Shown here in pieces: positions 29,989-41,148 of a DNA stretch of 64,000 nt. A program made the translations under genes and the position numbers. Below the pieces are notes generated by a model, which was not told the origin of the DNA, searched no databases, and saw nothing but the letters and a program-made list of their open reading frames with translations. Source of the stretch: a virus (lineage: Duplodnaviria > Caudoviricetes). Position 1 is the stretch's first letter. Every line of letters starts with the position of its first letter. The stretch spans positions 9,446 through 73,445 of IMG/VR virus record IMGVR_UViG_3300037310_000131. The stretch is one strand, 5' to 3'.

Positions 29989-31263
29989 ATGTCTAATCCA
30001 CTGCCCCTTACAATCGACTTTGGTGCCCTCCCGAACACTGGACAGGGGTACACGCCGCAGGAGTTTGCCGACCGCTTGGCCCTCAATGGTCGCATCTTCA
30101 CGGAGCAGGCGTTCGCGCTTTTCACGACAGGTGCGACCGCGCCCACAAGCGACACCGGCCCGTGGGCCAAGAACGGGAACTCGTGGTACTACTGGGACAC
30201 CGTCAGCGGGCAGTACGTCCCGTTCGTTCTTGAGCCAGAGAGTCTTGGATACTATGTAGGCTCGGCCACCCCGGACCACACCGTCTACACAGTGTGGGTT
30301 CAGCTCGATGGCGGCGGCAGCCCGACGGCGCTCAAGACGTACTACGGGGGCGCGTGGGTGGATGTATACGCGACGACGCTGGCTGGCTACCTGACTACGG
30401 CGGCGGCGGCGGCGACCTACCTCACCATCGCCAATGCGGCGGCAACCTATCAGCCGCTCAACTCGAATCTCACGCTGCTTACCAGCTCGACGCTGGGCGA
30501 CATCATCTACTCGTCCAACACGAACACGTTGGCCAAGCTGGGAGGCAACACCACGACCAACAAGCGCTTCCTTACGCAGACGGGCACGGGCGTGGCGAGC
30601 GCGGCTCCGGCATGGGCGGCGATTGTGGCTGGGGATATCCCCGACGTCTCGGCCACCTACCTGACGGTGGCCACTGCGGCCGCGACGTATCAGCCACAGG
30701 CCAGCATGTCATCGTACCTGACGACAGCAAGCGCGGCCGCCACGTATCAGACGATTGCGTCGATGGCCAACTACAGCACGACGTCGCAGATGAACACGGC
30801 CATCAACAATGCCGTGTCTGGCCTTGTTGCTGGTGCTGCCTCGTTCTCGGCCCACCCAACGGCCACACAGAGCGTAGTGTTCGGCGGCGCGGGCAACCAG
30901 ACTGGCGCGGTGACGCTTGGCACGGAAGACTTTGACCCAGACAATGTGTTCGCGGCATCGACCTTCACGGCCCCGGCGACCGGCTACTACCAGTTCAACC
31001 TCCTGCTCTCCGTATCGGTTTCATCCGGTTCCCCGACCCACCTCGACATCATTGCCCTGCTCACGAAGAACGGTTCTGCAGTGGCCTACGCGAACCAGCT
31101 TGACGGTGGCGAGACGCTCAACGGCGGCGTGTTTACCGGAAGCGCGTACCTGTACCTCGCGGCCAACGACGCCATCGAGCTCCGTTATGACATCACGTCA
31201 GACGCGGCCGCCACCGTTGACATTGACTCCAACAGCAAGCTGTCCGGCTACCGCATGAAGTAA
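29989..31263 (+). CDS. Tail spike/fibre with C-terminal C1q-like domain
   Basis: AAATYxT shaft repeats; C-terminal SFSA...FTAPATGYYQF..LYLAANDAIEL. Confidence 0.72.
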   Translation: MSNPLPLTIDFGALPNTGQGYTPQEFADRLALNGRIFTEQAFALFTTGATAPTSDTGPWAKNGNSWYYWDTVSGQYVPFVLEPESLGYYVGSATPDHTVYTVWVQLDGGGSPTALKTYYGGAWVDVYATTLAGYLTTAAAAATYLTIANAAATYQPLNSNLTLLTSSTLGDIIYSSNTNTLAKLGGNTTTNKRFLTQTGTGVASAAPAWAAIVAGDIPDVSATYLTVATAAATYQPQASMSSYLTTASAAATYQTIASMANYSTTSQMNTAINNAVSGLVAGAASFSAHPTATQSVVFGGAGNQTGAVTLGTEDFDPDNVFAASTFTAPATGYYQFNLLLSVSVSSGSPTHLDIIALLTKNGSAVAYANQLDGGETLNGGVFTGSAYLYLAANDAIELRYDITSDAAATVDIDSNSKLSGYRMK

Positions 31264-31749
31264 GTGCCAACCGAGATAACAGTCGAGCAAACCACCGACG
31301 AACCCTACATCAAGTCCGTGTTCCTCAACCCCGCAATCTATGGCTCCATGAAGGACGACTCCTGCCCCGAGTCGCCCATGATTCTGCAGGGCGTGGACAT
31401 CAAGGCGGTTCCGGGCTTCTTCCTCAAGGCCTGCGTAGATGGCGTGCCTGCTGGTGCGTGGTGGTTCGTGTGGAAGGGGGAGAACGTGGAGGCGCACACC
31501 GCACTACTGGAGAACTGCCGGGGTCGCGATGCCATCCGCGCGGGGCGCATGGCTATCGCTTGGGTGTGGCAACACACCGGGGCCAAGGCCATCCAGTCCT
31601 ACGCATGGTCCGACGCCCCTGCCGTGCACTGGTTCTGCCGCGCCGTAGGCCTCAAAGCTGGCGACACCGCGCCATGGCCAAACACCCGCAACGGGGCAAC
31701 GGTGGACATCACGCACTTCTCAATCAGCAGGCCAACGGAGACCAAATAA
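31264..31749 (+). CDS. GNAT-fold/DUF2824-like protein
   Basis: EAHTALL..CRGRDAI..GRMAIAW; position just before ejection proteins. Confidence 0.55.
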   Translation: MPTEITVEQTTDEPYIKSVFLNPAIYGSMKDDSCPESPMILQGVDIKAVPGFFLKACVDGVPAGAWWFVWKGENVEAHTALLENCRGRDAIRAGRMAIAWVWQHTGAKAIQSYAWSDAPAVHWFCRAVGLKAGDTAPWPNTRNGATVDITHFSISRPTETK

Positions 31750-31750
31750 C

Positions 31751-33187
31751 ATGCCAGTAGTACCAGTCCTAGCAGCAATCGGTGGTGGCTCAGCGGCGGC
31801 GGGCGCACTGTCCGCTGGCACGGCTGCCCTCGGCGCTTACAGCACCATCAAGGGAATATCTGATGCCAAGAAGGCCCAGGCTCAGGCCCAGCAGTCCGCG
31901 CAGAACGCGGGCGTCAACATCTCCGAGGTCTCCCGAATGGCAGAGGATCAGGCCATGCGCAACATCCAGCGCAGCCGCGAGGTAGAGCAGCAGTACGCGC
32001 CCGAGAATGCGCAGTTCCGCACCGCCTCCATGCATAACCTCCTGAGCGAGCTTGGCCGCGGCGCAGTCTCACCGGAGACGATGGAGTTCATCAACCAGCA
32101 GATGGGCCGCACGACCGGTGTTGGCCCGATTGGCGTCACCGGCATGAACGCCGCCCAGTTTGGCGTTTCCGACACCGCTGCCCCGTCCCGCTTTGATGCG
32201 GTTACCATGAGCCCAGAGCAGTACGCGGCTTCCACCACCGCGACCCGTGAGGCTAACTCCGCGCTGCTTGGCAACGCCATCGCCCGCGCCCAGCAGGAGC
32301 TGGACATGGGCGGGGCCCTTCCTCAGGACGTTCGCAACCTGATTGCAAGAACGGCTGCCGCAAGGTCTGGCGTGAACACCGGCAATCTTGGCCTTGGCCG
32401 CGACATGACCGCCCGAGACCTTGGGCTGACCAGCCTCCAGCTGCGCCAGCAGCGCCTCGACAACGCCTCCCGCCTTGGTCAGGCCCAGCTTGGGGCGGAT
32501 CAGTTCAACGTCGGCACCGGCCTGCAAGCTGGTCTGGCCAACATGGCCGCGCTGAACGCTGCCGCACAGGGCAACGCTGCGATGCGCCAGAGCGCCTCCC
32601 AGTTCAACGCTGGAAGCCAGAACAACATCCTTCAATTCCTCGCGCAGCTCCAGCAGCAGACGGCGCTGGCGAACACGCAGGGGCGCAACCAAGCCGCTGC
32701 CCAGAACGCCCAGCTCCAGCAGCAGGCCGCGCTCGCAAACGCGGACGCAAGCAACGTGGCCGCACGGCAGGGCGCGCAGATGGCCCAGCAGGCCAATCAG
32801 TTTGATGTCGGTCAGGGAATGAGTCTCGCCCAGCTTCTTGCCCAGCTTGGCCAGAATAACTTCGGCAACGCGCTCAATGCGGCCCAGTTTGGGCAGACCA
32901 TCCAGTCGCCGGTCGTTGGGCTGGACCCAAGTGCAATCGCCAACCTAGCGGTAGGAAACTCCAACGTGCAGTCAGGCGCGGCCCAGAACGCGGCGGCAAT
33001 TACGGCGAACAGGGCTCAGGGAGCAAGTCAACTTGGCGGTCAGCTTCTCGGCCTTGGTGCTAGCATGTACGGCAATAGGCCGCAGCAACAGCAGCAGACG
33101 CCGACGCTCCCATCTTATACGGTTCCAACCGGCCTAAACCTAGGCTCTAATCTTCCATCGGTCCCGGGCTTTAGCCCAAGCAAATAA
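31751..33187 (+). CDS. Internal virion (DNA ejection) protein
   Basis: G/A-rich hydrophobic N-terminus; A/Q/N-rich helical repeats. Confidence 0.65.
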   Translation: MPVVPVLAAIGGGSAAAGALSAGTAALGAYSTIKGISDAKKAQAQAQQSAQNAGVNISEVSRMAEDQAMRNIQRSREVEQQYAPENAQFRTASMHNLLSELGRGAVSPETMEFINQQMGRTTGVGPIGVTGMNAAQFGVSDTAAPSRFDAVTMSPEQYAASTTATREANSALLGNAIARAQQELDMGGALPQDVRNLIARTAAARSGVNTGNLGLGRDMTARDLGLTSLQLRQQRLDNASRLGQAQLGADQFNVGTGLQAGLANMAALNAAAQGNAAMRQSASQFNAGSQNNILQFLAQLQQQTALANTQGRNQAAAQNAQLQQQAALANADASNVAARQGAQMAQQANQFDVGQGMSLAQLLAQLGQNNFGNALNAAQFGQTIQSPVVGLDPSAIANLAVGNSNVQSGAAQNAAAITANRAQGASQLGGQLLGLGASMYGNRPQQQQQTPTLPSYTVPTGLNLGSNLPSVPGFSPSK

Positions 33188-33194
33188 CAATACC

Positions 33195-34286
33195 ATGGCA
33201 GCAGGCATCCAACCCTCAGGCTTTCAGGTAAGCGTAATGCCCCAGTTTCAGGGCGCTGACCCTCGCGTGTTCAACCCCTACGGCTCGTTCGGGGCGGGGC
33301 TGACCTCTGGCCTGTCCAGCGGTGCCCAGCTTGCCGACATCAGCTTCCGCCGCGAGCAGGCCGCCCGAGATGCTGTCATGGACGTTTATCGCGAGGAACT
33401 GCTAAACAGCCAGATAGCCGATGCTCGAAACCGCGCCGCCATCGGTGACATCGTGTGGGGTGACGTAAAACAGGAGGAGGCCCCGGGGCGCGAGTTTCCT
33501 GCCGCGCAGGCTCCGTATGGGGGGCTTGTCCTAGAGGGCAGTCCGCTCAATGAGTTTGCCGCAAAGCGCGATGCAAGCGGGCTGCCGATCATGGTTTCCA
33601 CTGGAAGGCCGTCATACGCGCCGGGAGACCTTTACGAGGTCCAGACCGGCGAGCGCTTTGTTGGCGGCCGTTCGGTTGGAAGCGTGACCAAGCGCAAGCT
33701 CCTGCAGTCTGCGGACGAGCGTGAGTCGGCCCAGATTGCGGAGAGCTACAAGAGGCGGCTGGATGAGTCTATTCTGGACACCCGCGAGCGCACCGCCGAG
33801 GCGGCGGGAATCAGGGCTGAAGAGACCGCCCGCCACAACAGGGTGCTTGAGGAGTTGCAGAGGATGAGGTACGAGAACGAGCAGCTCAAGATAGCCGACG
33901 CCAAGGCCCGCGGCATGCATAACCGAACTATCGAGCGAGAGGGCAAGAAGTGGACGCAGTACTACTTCCCAAGCACCCCAGATAAAGTAGAGTACGAAAT
34001 AGAGTCCGGGGCCGTGAAGGAGAGTGTCGCTCAGGCTATCGAGCGCCTCATCGGTGGGGCCGCCCCGGCCCCCCTTCCTGGGATGCCAGTAGGCGCCTCT
34101 GGCCAAGCCGGGCCAGCTTTGTTCTCAATTCCGGGCGTTACCCCCGTGCAGCCTTCCCAAGCCCCGGTCGTGCCCACGCCACCTGCAGCGGCAATCCGGC
34201 TTTTGAGGTCCAACCCGGGGCTGGCCAGCGAGTTTGCGGCAAAGTACGGCGAACAGGCCCTGAGAGAGGCCATGGGCGGAATGTAA
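33195..34286 (+). CDS. Internal virion protein, putative
   Basis: Lies between the ejection gene and the giant protein; C-terminal LRSNPGLASEFAAKYG. Confidence 0.6.
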   Translation: MAAGIQPSGFQVSVMPQFQGADPRVFNPYGSFGAGLTSGLSSGAQLADISFRREQAARDAVMDVYREELLNSQIADARNRAAIGDIVWGDVKQEEAPGREFPAAQAPYGGLVLEGSPLNEFAAKRDASGLPIMVSTGRPSYAPGDLYEVQTGERFVGGRSVGSVTKRKLLQSADERESAQIAESYKRRLDESILDTRERTAEAAGIRAEETARHNRVLEELQRMRYENEQLKIADAKARGMHNRTIEREGKKWTQYYFPSTPDKVEYEIESGAVKESVAQAIERLIGGAAPAPLPGMPVGASGQAGPALFSIPGVTPVQPSQAPVVPTPPAAAIRLLRSNPGLASEFAAKYGEQALREAMGGM

Positions 34287-34329
34287 TAATTTGCTTGCGT
34301 TGCCACGCCAAGCATAGGCTAATTACATA

Positions 34330-37300
34330 ATGCCAAACGTATTCGACCAGTTCGACGCGCCGACCCAGCCACGGGCATCCGCGCAGGCAAACGTGTTCGA
34401 TCAGTTTGACGAACAGCCGGTTGCCACTCAGGCTGCTCCGGTTCCGCAACCAGCCGAGCCGCTTCCAGACATCTCCACTATTCCGGTCGAGGCGCGAGAG
34501 GACATCGGTGAAATTCGTGCCTACGAGCCAAGGGCGATGGATCGTTTTTCCCGCGCCACGCAGCCGCTCAACGAGCTGATGGGAAAGCTTGCTGCTCCGC
34601 CCCCGGGTCTGCACATCCCCCAGATTCCAGACATCGACAAGCTCCAGCCCGGCCTCGATCCATCGAGGAGCCCGAATGTCCAGCCGGGAAATCTCTTTCT
34701 TGGCATGGCCCCGACGCCATCCAATGCAACGGGCCCGCTGTCGGTTGCTACGGGTGTTGTCAATGCCGCGACCGAAGTTATCCCGTCGCTTATGTCGCCC
34801 GTTGGCGTGGCCACGGTGGTCCACAAGGTTCCGTCCTACATCACCCAGCTTCTGTTGAAGCCCGGCATGGCGGTGAACACCATCGACCAAGTCAATAAGC
34901 TGGCGGCGATGTGGGACGACCCATCCATCACGATGGCAGAAAAGACGAAGGCAATCACGTCGCTTGTGCTGTCAGCCGGTGCGACCGCCGCGCCACTCAT
35001 TGGTTCCTCCGGTAAGTATGCCGAGGATGTCCGTGCGGCCGCGGATATGGGCCTCCGTGGCCCCCGCAGAAAGATGCAAGCGGCCGGCAGGATCATCAAC
35101 GAGGCCCGTGCTGCTGGGTTCAGGGGCAAGACTGCCGTTGACCTAGAGCGATGGATCGCCGAGCGCGTTAATGCGGCCGTTGCCGCGGCGCGTCGCGTCG
35201 GCGACGCAGAGATGCCGCCAATCCAGAGGCAGCTTCTTGATCGCACCGCCGAGAAGACCCCGGAGCAGGCCCTGAAGACGTTCCGCGAGGAGGCCAAGCT
35301 GACGGAAGACCCGACCCAGAAGGCCAAGCTGGTGGACATCGCCGACAACCTTGAGCGCCAGATCATGGAGGCGGACAATGCCAAGGCCGCAGCGGATGAC
35401 ATGCTGGCCGCGCAGAAGGAGCAGCAGAAAATTGCCGAGGAGCAGGCTGCGGTGCAGGCCAAGGACCAAGCCGTGCAGCAGCTTCCGGCCTCGCTTCAGG
35501 GGCTTAATCCGGAGGGCCAGCTTGCGGTTCTTGAGGATGTCTACAAGAAGCACAAGGCGAACCTTTCCACCGAGGAGGTTGCTCAGTACCAGCAGCTCAA
35601 GCAGGGTCTTGAACAGCAGATTGAGGCCACCAAGCAGGCCCAGCAGGCCATCGACGCTCAGAACGACCTAGGCAAGCGGCAGGCCCAGCTCGCGCAGGAG
35701 GCTGCGCAGCCGCTGATCCAGCCCAAGGCAATCAATCTCGCCAACGCTTCGGCCCAGTTGGCCAAGAACATGGAAGACCAGCCCGCAGCGGCTCAGTCCG
35801 TGCTGAATCGGGGCCAGCCCTCCACCCGGCCTGCACCGCTTGCCGAGCCAGCGCCGGTTGCTCAGCCGGGCATGCCAGAGCCAGCCGCCGCCAATGCTCC
35901 AGCCGCGCAGTCCGAGTCGCTGCCTGATGCACTGCGCAACGCAGAGGTCAATCCGGATGGCCCGGTTGGTGAGCCGGCTCCCGTGGCCAAGAGCACGCCG
36001 GCTGAGCCATCCGCAGCCCCAACAGCGCCCAAGCCAACAAAGCGACTCACCCTGAAGCAAGCCGAGAAGCAGCTCGCGAAGATTGATGAGGGCAAGCTTG
36101 AGTACCTGCGCGAGCAGCTCGCCGCCAAGGAGCTTTCCAAACAGGACTACGAGCAGCGCGTGCGCGAGTCTCTCAATGTGACAACCGTCGGCGGTGGAGA
36201 GGTCGTGTCCAGCATGTCGGAGTATACCGTTGGTAAGGTCGAGCCCAAGCGGGCGGAGGCAAAGCCAAAGGTTCGTGGCGCTGCCAACACCGGCCGAATC
36301 CTGCGGATGATGGGCGACAAGCTATACTCTGCGGACACGTCAAAGACCACGGGCAAGGAACTTTGGCAGAACTCGGCTGACGCGGTAATGCGCAACCCCG
36401 ACGACTCCCCACGGAGGGTGTTCATTGGCGCCGATTCAGCCAGCCGCGAGTTCTTGATGGCCGACACGGGCCCCGGCATGACCCCGGACATCATTATCGA
36501 CAAGTTCCTGCCCGCAGGGGTTAGCGGCAAGGAGGTTGGGGCGGCTGGCGGTCTTGGCTTGGCGAAGCTTGCGATCCTCGGCGGCAATGAGGCGTGGACG
36601 GTGACAACCGTCGCGGTTGATCCCACCGGCAGGAAGGTTAAGACGGTTTTGAACGGAAGCGGCATGGCCTACCATGAGTACGCTGAGGGTGGCCCACCCG
36701 CAGGCCTTCAGCTCACCCCGGACACGGACATCGAGCTTGGTGACGGGATAACAATGCGCTACAGCTACGGTGATGTTGGCCCAGAGACGCCGACCGGAAC
36801 ATCTGTTGTTGTCAAGACAAAAGACCCGTGGAGCGCCCAAGAGTTTGCCAAGAGGTCGGCAAAGTATTTACCGGATATTGAGGTGTACGACTATTCGCAC
36901 AAGGTCGACAGCTCGTCTAACAAAGACCCGCTTGAAATGGCGGGGTGGCAGTACAGTCTGGACGAGAGGGTGCAGCCCGCAGACATGGGCGTCTTCGACT
37001 CCGTGGAGACCCCGTTCGCAACGATTGACTTCTTGGCAGACAAGGACCCCAAGACGCAGAACGTCCAGTATGTTAATTACGACGTGCTTAATCGCGGAAT
37101 CCTACAATTCCGTGGCGAAATGGCGCTCCGTGACGTGGCACCGCTTCCGTCCGGCTTTTCCGTGAACATAAAGCCCAAGGTTCTCGCAGAGGATGCGGCG
37201 TACCCATTCAACACGTCGCGTGAATCCGTGACCACCGAGACACAGGGAATAATTGAGGGGTATATAAAGAAGCTGGCCGACAAGCATCGCGAGGCAATGC

Positions 37301-40300
37301 TGGCCAGGTACAAGGACTCCCTTAACTCAGCAGTCAAAATGGAGTTAAATAAGGGCCTCGTTTTCTTGGACGCCGCAGGCACGGCACCCCGCGAGGTGCT
37401 GGAGCGCGTTTCGAGCGACCCAATCGTATCAGAGGTAACCAGAGAGCTTGCTGAAATTCAGAACAGAATCCTGAAGATGCTTGCGTACAAGTACCCCGAC
37501 TCGGGCTACGGTCGCGCATCCTTCGCTGGGCTTCTGACCGGTGGAAACGCCTACGGTGTTCACTTCGGCAAACAGTACTCCTCGGAGCCGAGCAAGATAT
37601 ATCACGACATCTTTCTTACTTGGGACGATGCGCGCGCCGACGCCGAAAGGTTCCTGTCAAAGGACTACCCGCAAGACCCGCAAATCGTTGACCAGCTTTT
37701 GCCAGAGGCCACCTACAGGTTCTGGAGAAACAAGACGGCTGGCATTGCGCTTCACGAAGGCGCGCACCAGATAACGCCATCAGAGGGCGAGCCGCTCTCT
37801 AGGGAATTGACATTCAGGGCAGGCGATGCCATTGAGGCACTGGCAGACACACCACACCGCAAGAGGACGCAAGAACAATATGAGCAAATCCATAACACCA
37901 TCGACAGTTTTGGAAAAGAACTCGCGCTTTCAAGACGCGCTGAAGATGCAGGCAATTTCATCGTATCTCAGGGCGGCTACAACGGATACGCCTTCTCGCG
38001 TACTGAACCCACTTCGGAGGGAGCTGGCCAAGCTGGAGGAGCGGGTGGCCCGCAGCCGCCGGAAGGAGCGGGGTCTGGAGTAGGCGGTCAGGCTGGCTCA
38101 ATCGACCCAACCATACTGTCTCACGCCGGAAGCTCTGCTGCGGGATTCTTGAGCGGTTACATCTCCGCCGAGAAAGAGAAGGACGAGACCGAGGAGGAGT
38201 TTCAGGCCCGCCGACTCAGCCGCGCCCTTGTATTGGCCGCTGGCGGCTTCATGGTTTCCCACGCGACGAACAACATCATCAAGAATCGTGGTGCGATTGG
38301 CCGCTCCAAGACCGTTAGGCAGATGCACGAAGAGGCACTCGGCCTTGAGGGCATGCCGAACTGGTACTTGGACCTGCGCAAGGCTAACTTCAGGCTTCCG
38401 GTGATTGGGAATGTGAGCATGCAGGGCATTCGCACCCACCTAGTCAGCAGCCGCGCCCGCATCAAGGACATGGTGGCAGAGACCGTTCGTTTGGGCTACA
38501 ACGACCCGATGGAGGGGGCGAACCCATACCTTGCTGGAAAGCTTTTCCCGGGTGCCCTTGCCGCAGCCGTACGCCGTGGCGGAAAAGTTGTTGAGGAGAC
38601 CGAAAAGAAGCTGGTCTCCACCGCGCTTGCCTCTGGCATGGACCCGGTGCTGTTTGCGGCCAACCTAAACCTGTGGATGGAGCTAAAGCACACGCCGTAC
38701 TACAACGCCATGCTGGCCTCCCGCGCAGAGCCGGGAACAGTCCCCGGCGGGCACCGCTTCACCGACGCGGATGCACTTGCTGGCCTGAGGGCGCTGGACG
38801 TAAATGGAATGGGCGCAGTGTACGAAGACCTAGCCAAGGACTTCTACAAGATTACCCGCATGACCCGTGAAATCATGCGCGACGGTGGCCTTATCAGCGA
38901 CGAGACGATGAAGGAGTGGGAGAAGATCATGCCATACTATGTGCCGTTCCGCCGCAACATGCCGGACGACATCAATGGTATTGCTGCCCTCTCCAATCTC
39001 GGTGGCGGGCCCGGCCTGAATATCCGAAGCTCTGGCGTCTACCGCATCTCGGACGCGGGCAGTGACCTCGACGTGTCGGACGTAACGGCAAACATCTACG
39101 CCAACCTCAATGACGCCATCGTGCGCGCTCAGAAGAACAAGGTGCAACAGGAGCTGGTGCGCTTTGTCGAGGATCAGGTCTATCAGGGCAGCCCACGGTT
39201 CCTGACCCAGTTCAGGGCTGGTGGATTGGGTCGTCCGGTTACCTCAGTTGGCCCAGACATTCAGGTTGTCACCCCAAACAGGGTTAGCAAATTTGACGAA
39301 AGCCGGATGGTCTCAGTCATGTTCAACGGCAGGCCGAAGTGGGTTGTGTTCCGAGACCCGCTTGTGGCCAAGGCGGCAAGCAACCTAAACGCTGACCAGC
39401 TTCCTCGCTGGGCGCGGATTGTCGGGGCCCCGGCTCGCGTCCTGTCCGGCCTGTATACGAAGTACTCCCTGAACTTCTTGCTCAACAATCCTATTCGTGA
39501 CCGTGGCGAAGTGGCGTTCAAGCTTGCCTCGCAGGGAGACCTGAAGGGCGCGCTTGGGCAGCTCAACCCGAAGGACGCCGCTGCGTCCCTGCGCGCACCA
39601 TGGGACTGGCACATGGGCAACAACACCCCGGAAGCCCGGGAGTTCCAGGACTTCCTAGACCTTGGCGGCATGACTGATGTGGCCCGCTCAATGAACCGCG
39701 AGGGCGTAATCGGGGAGATAAACTCGGGCCGCCATCGTGGGCAGAGCGTACTTCTGGGCGGGACCGAGAGCATCAAGCGTTTTGTTGACCTGTTGACCGA
39801 GCTTTCCGAAGGCTCCACCCGCTACGGTGTGTATGAGCGGGCACTGCGATACGGGGCAACCCCACAGGAGGCGGCTCTGGCTGCGCGCAACTCGTCCATC
39901 GACTTCGGCCAGAAGGGAACCATGGCCCCGACCATGAACGCGATGTATGCGTTCTGGAACCCGGGCGTTCAGGCCCCGGTTAACGTCGCCAAGTCCATCA
40001 TCCGCAACCCCGGCGCACTCAGCGCTGCTGCGCTGGCATTCACTGGCCTGATTGTCCTGAGCGACATCATCAACTCGTCCACAGACCCCGACTGGAAAAA
40101 GAACAAAGCCATGGCGGTCAAGCGCAGCATCGGTGTTCCGTTCATTTACGGCCAAGACCCGAAGACGGGAGAGTACACCACCGTCACGATCCCTGTCCCG
40201 TATGGGCTCCGCGCCATCAAGGGCTCCGTCGATCTTTCGATTGACTACGGCAACGGTGAGCTAAGTGGCGAGCACGGCAAGCAGGAGTTCGGTCGTTTTG

Positions 40301-41145
40301 GCGGCATGTTGATGGATAGCTTCAATCCGCTTGGGACCATCAACCTGTCCTCCGCCGCGCTGCCCACGGCCACGAAGCCGCTGATGGACATCTGGACCAA
40401 CGAAGCCTTCTCTGGCCGACCCATTGTCCCGACTTGGATGCACAGCGACCCGAACCTGCCGGATAGCGCCAAGAGATTTGCCAACAGTCGCGCCAACTTC
40501 CTTGGCAATATGTCGGTCAAGTTCGCAGACCAGCTATCCGATGCGGGAATCGAAATCAGCCCGGACAGGATGCGCTATCTTGTCAGCTCCTATGCCGGTG
40601 GTCCGGGCAGGCTGCTCGGGGACACCATCAATAGCCTTGCCGCCCCTCCGTCTGGCGCAGAGACTCGCGCCTCGGACGTCCCGGGCATGAGCGCATTCTT
40701 CGGTCGCGCCAGCACCGAGGGTAAGGAGTACCAGACCGATGACTACATTGACGCCAAGGCCGCGATGATTAAAGCCAAGGGCGTGGTCTCCAAGGTGGGC
40801 ACAGACGCGGCGTTCTTCTACAACCAGAACCTCAAGGACAAGAGTCTGAAAGAACAGGTCGAGGCCGTGCGTGGAGCCATCGAGAAGGGCGAGGCCCCGC
40901 GTGACCCGGTTTTCATCAGGAACATTGTCAACAGGATTCTTGAGGACACCAAGGGCCGCGAGCCCACCGAAAAGGTCATCGCCGAAATCCCCAATGACTA
41001 CGATATGCGGGCCGAGTTCATCTACAGCCGTTACGTCAAGATGCCGAAGGAGGAGGGCAACAAGATGCTGCTGGAGCTGGCGGAGCGGGGGGTTATCAAT
41101 GACGACACCGTCGCGGGCCTTGCCAGAGTCATGGCCCCAAAATAA
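34330..41145 (+). CDS. Large polyvalent internal virion protein (GHKL ATPase, HExxH, LPD38-like C-terminus)
   Basis: ELWQNSADA, DTGPGM and GGLGLAK GHKL boxes; IALHEGAHQ; C-terminal AARNSSIDFGQKG..NAMYAFWNPGVQ. Confidence 0.78.
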   Translation: MPNVFDQFDAPTQPRASAQANVFDQFDEQPVATQAAPVPQPAEPLPDISTIPVEAREDIGEIRAYEPRAMDRFSRATQPLNELMGKLAAPPPGLHIPQIPDIDKLQPGLDPSRSPNVQPGNLFLGMAPTPSNATGPLSVATGVVNAATEVIPSLMSPVGVATVVHKVPSYITQLLLKPGMAVNTIDQVNKLAAMWDDPSITMAEKTKAITSLVLSAGATAAPLIGSSGKYAEDVRAAADMGLRGPRRKMQAAGRIINEARAAGFRGKTAVDLERWIAERVNAAVAAARRVGDAEMPPIQRQLLDRTAEKTPEQALKTFREEAKLTEDPTQKAKLVDIADNLERQIMEADNAKAAADDMLAAQKEQQKIAEEQAAVQAKDQAVQQLPASLQGLNPEGQLAVLEDVYKKHKANLSTEEVAQYQQLKQGLEQQIEATKQAQQAIDAQNDLGKRQAQLAQEAAQPLIQPKAINLANASAQLAKNMEDQPAAAQSVLNRGQPSTRPAPLAEPAPVAQPGMPEPAAANAPAAQSESLPDALRNAEVNPDGPVGEPAPVAKSTPAEPSAAPTAPKPTKRLTLKQAEKQLAKIDEGKLEYLREQLAAKELSKQDYEQRVRESLNVTTVGGGEVVSSMSEYTVGKVEPKRAEAKPKVRGAANTGRILRMMGDKLYSADTSKTTGKELWQNSADAVMRNPDDSPRRVFIGADSASREFLMADTGPGMTPDIIIDKFLPAGVSGKEVGAAGGLGLAKLAILGGNEAWTVTTVAVDPTGRKVKTVLNGSGMAYHEYAEGGPPAGLQLTPDTDIELGDGITMRYSYGDVGPETPTGTSVVVKTKDPWSAQEFAKRSAKYLPDIEVYDYSHKVDSSSNKDPLEMAGWQYSLDERVQPADMGVFDSVETPFATIDFLADKDPKTQNVQYVNYDVLNRGILQFRGEMALRDVAPLPSGFSVNIKPKVLAEDAAYPFNTSRESVTTETQGIIEGYIKKLADKHREAMLARYKDSLNSAVKMELNKGLVFLDAAGTAPREVLERVSSDPIVSEVTRELAEIQNRILKMLAYKYPDSGYGRASFAGLLTGGNAYGVHFGKQYSSEPSKIYHDIFLTWDDARADAERFLSKDYPQDPQIVDQLLPEATYRFWRNKTAGIALHEGAHQITPSEGEPLSRELTFRAGDAIEALADTPHRKRTQEQYEQIHNTIDSFGKELALSRRAEDAGNFIVSQGGYNGYAFSRTEPTSEGAGQAGGAGGPQPPEGAGSGVGGQAGSIDPTILSHAGSSAAGFLSGYISAEKEKDETEEEFQARRLSRALVLAAGGFMVSHATNNIIKNRGAIGRSKTVRQMHEEALGLEGMPNWYLDLRKANFRLPVIGNVSMQGIRTHLVSSRARIKDMVAETVRLGYNDPMEGANPYLAGKLFPGALAAAVRRGGKVVEETEKKLVSTALASGMDPVLFAANLNLWMELKHTPYYNAMLASRAEPGTVPGGHRFTDADALAGLRALDVNGMGAVYEDLAKDFYKITRMTREIMRDGGLISDETMKEWEKIMPYYVPFRRNMPDDINGIAALSNLGGGPGLNIRSSGVYRISDAGSDLDVSDVTANIYANLNDAIVRAQKNKVQQELVRFVEDQVYQGSPRFLTQFRAGGLGRPVTSVGPDIQVVTPNRVSKFDESRMVSVMFNGRPKWVVFRDPLVAKAASNLNADQLPRWARIVGAPARVLSGLYTKYSLNFLLNNPIRDRGEVAFKLASQGDLKGALGQLNPKDAAASLRAPWDWHMGNNTPEAREFQDFLDLGGMTDVARSMNREGVIGEINSGRHRGQSVLLGGTESIKRFVDLLTELSEGSTRYGVYERALRYGATPQEAALAARNSSIDFGQKGTMAPTMNAMYAFWNPGVQAPVNVAKSIIRNPGALSAAALAFTGLIVLSDIINSSTDPDWKKNKAMAVKRSIGVPFIYGQDPKTGEYTTVTIPVPYGLRAIKGSVDLSIDYGNGELSGEHGKQEFGRFGGMLMDSFNPLGTINLSSAALPTATKPLMDIWTNEAFSGRPIVPTWMHSDPNLPDSAKRFANSRANFLGNMSVKFADQLSDAGIEISPDRMRYLVSSYAGGPGRLLGDTINSLAAPPSGAETRASDVPGMSAFFGRASTEGKEYQTDDYIDAKAAMIKAKGVVSKVGTDAAFFYNQNLKDKSLKEQVEAVRGAIEKGEAPRDPVFIRNIVNRILEDTKGREPTEKVIAEIPNDYDMRAEFIYSRYVKMPKEEGNKMLLELAERGVINDDTVAGLARVMAPK

Positions 41146-41148
41146 TCC

